DNA of 64,000 nucleotides from Felis catus. Its lineage: Eukaryota. This document shows positions 61,509 through 64,000 of the stretch, piece by piece. The translations under genes and the position numbers were made by a program. The stretch spans positions 92,382,001 through 92,446,000 of the forward strand of contig NC_058368.1 of the NCBI RefSeq assembly GCF_018350175.1, in the 5' to 3' direction. Under the pieces are notes generated by a model. That model did no database searches. It had not been told where the DNA came from and saw only the letters and a program-made list of their open reading frames with translations. Every line of letters begins with the position of its first letter. Position 1 is the stretch's first letter.

Positions 61509-62146
61509 TCTTCCTGTTATTAGGTATTTCTTTGCACTGGGAAATTGCTTCCCAATCTCCTGCAAATGTTTCACTGCTGTGTCCTCCTACTCATTACATA
61601 TTCCAGAAAGGACATTCTTCTCCCTCAGCTTCTGGCTCTTTGTTGTTTTTATGTCCTAGGGAACCAGTCATCAGTTATGCTGGGAGAGAAGACCCAGACT
61701 GGAGTTCTTTTGGATCTGTCATTTCGGGGGAATTTTCTCAATTTGGTCCACACTGTGACAGTAGCACTGTTCTTTTTTTCCCCCTCACTTTTCAAATTTT
61801 TACTTAAATTCTAGTTAGTTAACATACAGTTCAGTGCAACACTGATTTCAGGAGTAGAATTCAGTGATTCATATATACAACACCTACAGAAACACTGTTC
61901 TTTGGACTTCTCCACCCAGACTTTGATTTCAGTTTGCAAAAGTAATATGCCATACACTAAAGAGCACTATGGGCTGGGGACTGGCTTAGCTACTTCTACA
62001 AAAATATCCTGTCCTGGCCATGATGGAACTGACATTATAATTTTTGTAAAAGAATGAATTCTGTTCTTTTCTCAGAGCACTTTCCTTGAGTAGCCTAAAA
62101 GGCTGCTGTTTCCACAGAGTTGAATAAAAAGATCTGTTCATTATAT

Positions 62147-62897
62147 AGGCATTCCTTGGAGATCCTGCACGTTAAGTTCCAGAATGCCACGATAAAGCAA
62201 ATAAAGCAAGTATCACAATAAAGGGAGTCACTTGAATTTTTTGGTTGCCCAGGGCATATAAAAGTTGCATTTATGCTAAACTGTCATCTGTTAAGTGTGC
62301 GATAGCATTATGTGTTAAAACACAGTGTACATCCCTTAATTTAAAAATACTTTATGGTTGGGGTGCCTGGGTGGCTTAGTCGGTTGAGCGTCTGACTTTG
62401 GCTCAGGTCGTGATTTCACAGTTCTTGGGTTCGAGCCCCACATTGGGCTCTGTGCTGACAGCTCAGGGCCTGGAGCCTGCTTCGGATTCTGTGTCGCCCT
62501 CTCTATCTCTCTGCTCCTCCCCTGCTTGTGCTCTGTCTCTCTCTCTCAAAGATGAATAATAAACATTAAACAAAAATTAAAAAAAATCCTTTATGGCTAA
62601 AAAATGCTAATTGTGAGCTTTCAGGGAGTTGTAACCACGGATCATAGATCACCATGAGAAATGAAATAATAATGAACAAATAATAATGAAAAGCAATTAA
62701 CAATGAAAAATAATGAAATACTGCAAGGATGACCAAAATGCGACACAGAGACATAAAGTGGGAAAATGCTGTTGCTGTTGGACAAAGGGTGCGGATAGAC
62801 TTCTTTGATGCAGGGCTTGCGCAGAACTTCACTTTGTAAGAAATGTAAGTCTCTGCGAAGGGCAATAAAGCTAAATGCAACAAAACAAGGTGTGCCT
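62147..62897 (-). mobile_element. Second internally deleted Tigger1 element with a SINE at 62360-62590
   Basis: taggcattccttggagat... start, ...aacaaggtgtgcctg end; colinear with 6268-7188. Confidence 0.82.
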
Positions 62898-62967
62898 GCA
62901 CAACTCTTCTGATCTCTGTAGATAATCAAGAAACTGAAAACCAAAAAGGTGAAAATCTTTCCCGTAG

Positions 62968-63299
62968 TTTTATTATCGGCATATCCAGACTGGATACGGA
63001 TTGGTTACCTTCTATGGGTAATGAATAAAACTCCCCCTTTCTTGTTTTGTGTGATAGTTACAACGTGAGCCACATGACTTCTTCCTGTAGTTCAGACGGC
63101 AGTGGACGCACTAATGAAAGCACCATCTTCATGCGTCCAGGTTTTCTTTCATGTTCTCTCCTGCAGTTCTGCAAGTTTGAGAACGGTGGTGCTGCTGCCC
63201 TATTCTTGTTTCCCTGTTGCAAATAACAGCTCCCCGCTTTCCCCTCCCGGGGTCATCAACGTGTGCAGAGAGGTAGAGGAAGAAGAGAGCACTGTCTGA
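62968..63299 (+). pseudogene. Two further candidate exons (62968-63017 and 63091-~63299) separated by a 73-nt GT-AG intron
   Basis: tctttcccgtag|...tgg|gtaatg and cttcttcctgtag|; CpG-rich; two frames stay open across the junction. Confidence 0.35.
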
Positions 63300-64000
63300 C
63301 ACCATGACACAAGCCCATGACTTGCAAAGGTCAGGGGAGGACTTGCTGGCGTCTTCCTGGCTCCCGTGCCTGGCGCCCCACAAGACGAACTGGCTGGGTT
63401 GGTGTCACTTTTACTGGGAGGGATCAGATACCAGCAACTGATTGATAGTCTGATCTGTGGAGGCAGCCCCGGGGCTTAGTTCATTCATTTCCGAAAGCCC
63501 TCCAACAGTCCCCAAAGCACAGAACAGGTCAGGGAAAAACATGAATAACTCTTGAAGAAAAGTCCAAGGAGAGCAGAGCTTACAAAGGGGTGGAGTGGTT
63601 AGATTTGTGCATTCCCAAAGGCTAGGCGTGGAGAAGCTTCTAGGCATTTTGTGCAGATGTGGTCCAAAGACAAGACTAGAGCTGCATACACCTGCCTCCC
63701 GGGCAAGACTCAGTGTGCCTTGGGGGCCCCAAGCAGAGAACCATTGCCGTTTCTCTCTGTTCTCAGGGCTCCCCATTGAAACTACTGGGTGCACAGGGTT
63801 CTTAGCCTGGCATCTCCCTCCTCTTCCCTTCTGGGACCAGAGGGAGAAGTCATTCCTGCGTCCAGGGCTCAGACTGTCATTTCGCCCCGGTTCAGAGAAA
63901 CCTGGCTATCAGACGGACACGTGGCGGTGGCAGCAGCCCCCATCCTCCCTGGGGACCCTGCTTGTGGTCTGATCCTATCTGTGATCTCTGGAGGGTCTCT

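Noticed and set aside
148..62590. tRNA-like SINE heads as tRNA genes, or dispersed repeats as a CRISPR-like array
   Set aside because: The heads continue into SINE body, (CT)n and A-tail; spacing and orientation are irregular; the DNA is eukaryotic.
896..63299. Assigning a gene symbol to the hidden gene
   Set aside because: I could not match its peptides to any protein I recognise; naming it needs a database search.

Overview
Mammalian nuclear DNA, almost certainly from a cat or other feliform carnivore: it carries more than 50 tRNA-derived CAN-SINEs with (CT)n/poly-A tails, carnivore-type L1 fragments, MaLR/ERV LTRs, and MER5/MER53/MER58/Tigger1 DNA-transposon relics. Most ORFs in the supplied track are SINE or L1 artefacts. 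Two non-repeat elements stand out. (1) A processed LSM5 pseudogene on the minus strand (about 22412-23090). (2) A large spliced gene remnant on the + strand that the ORF track does not show. I traced by eye 18-19 AG/GT-bounded segments from 896 to about 51.7 kb (more candidates to about 63.3 kb) whose splice phases fit end to end, giving about 1,140 codons. They include a 194-codon stop-free run across five exons, but also about 46 in-frame stops and a SINE inside one exon. I do not recognise the protein. The simplest reading is an unannotated unitary pseudogene. The many stops with no net frameshift and intact splice sites are unusual and worth testing for recoding or editing. Repeat coordinates are approximate (about 10-30 bp) and subfamily names come from recalled consensus sequences, not from a search.
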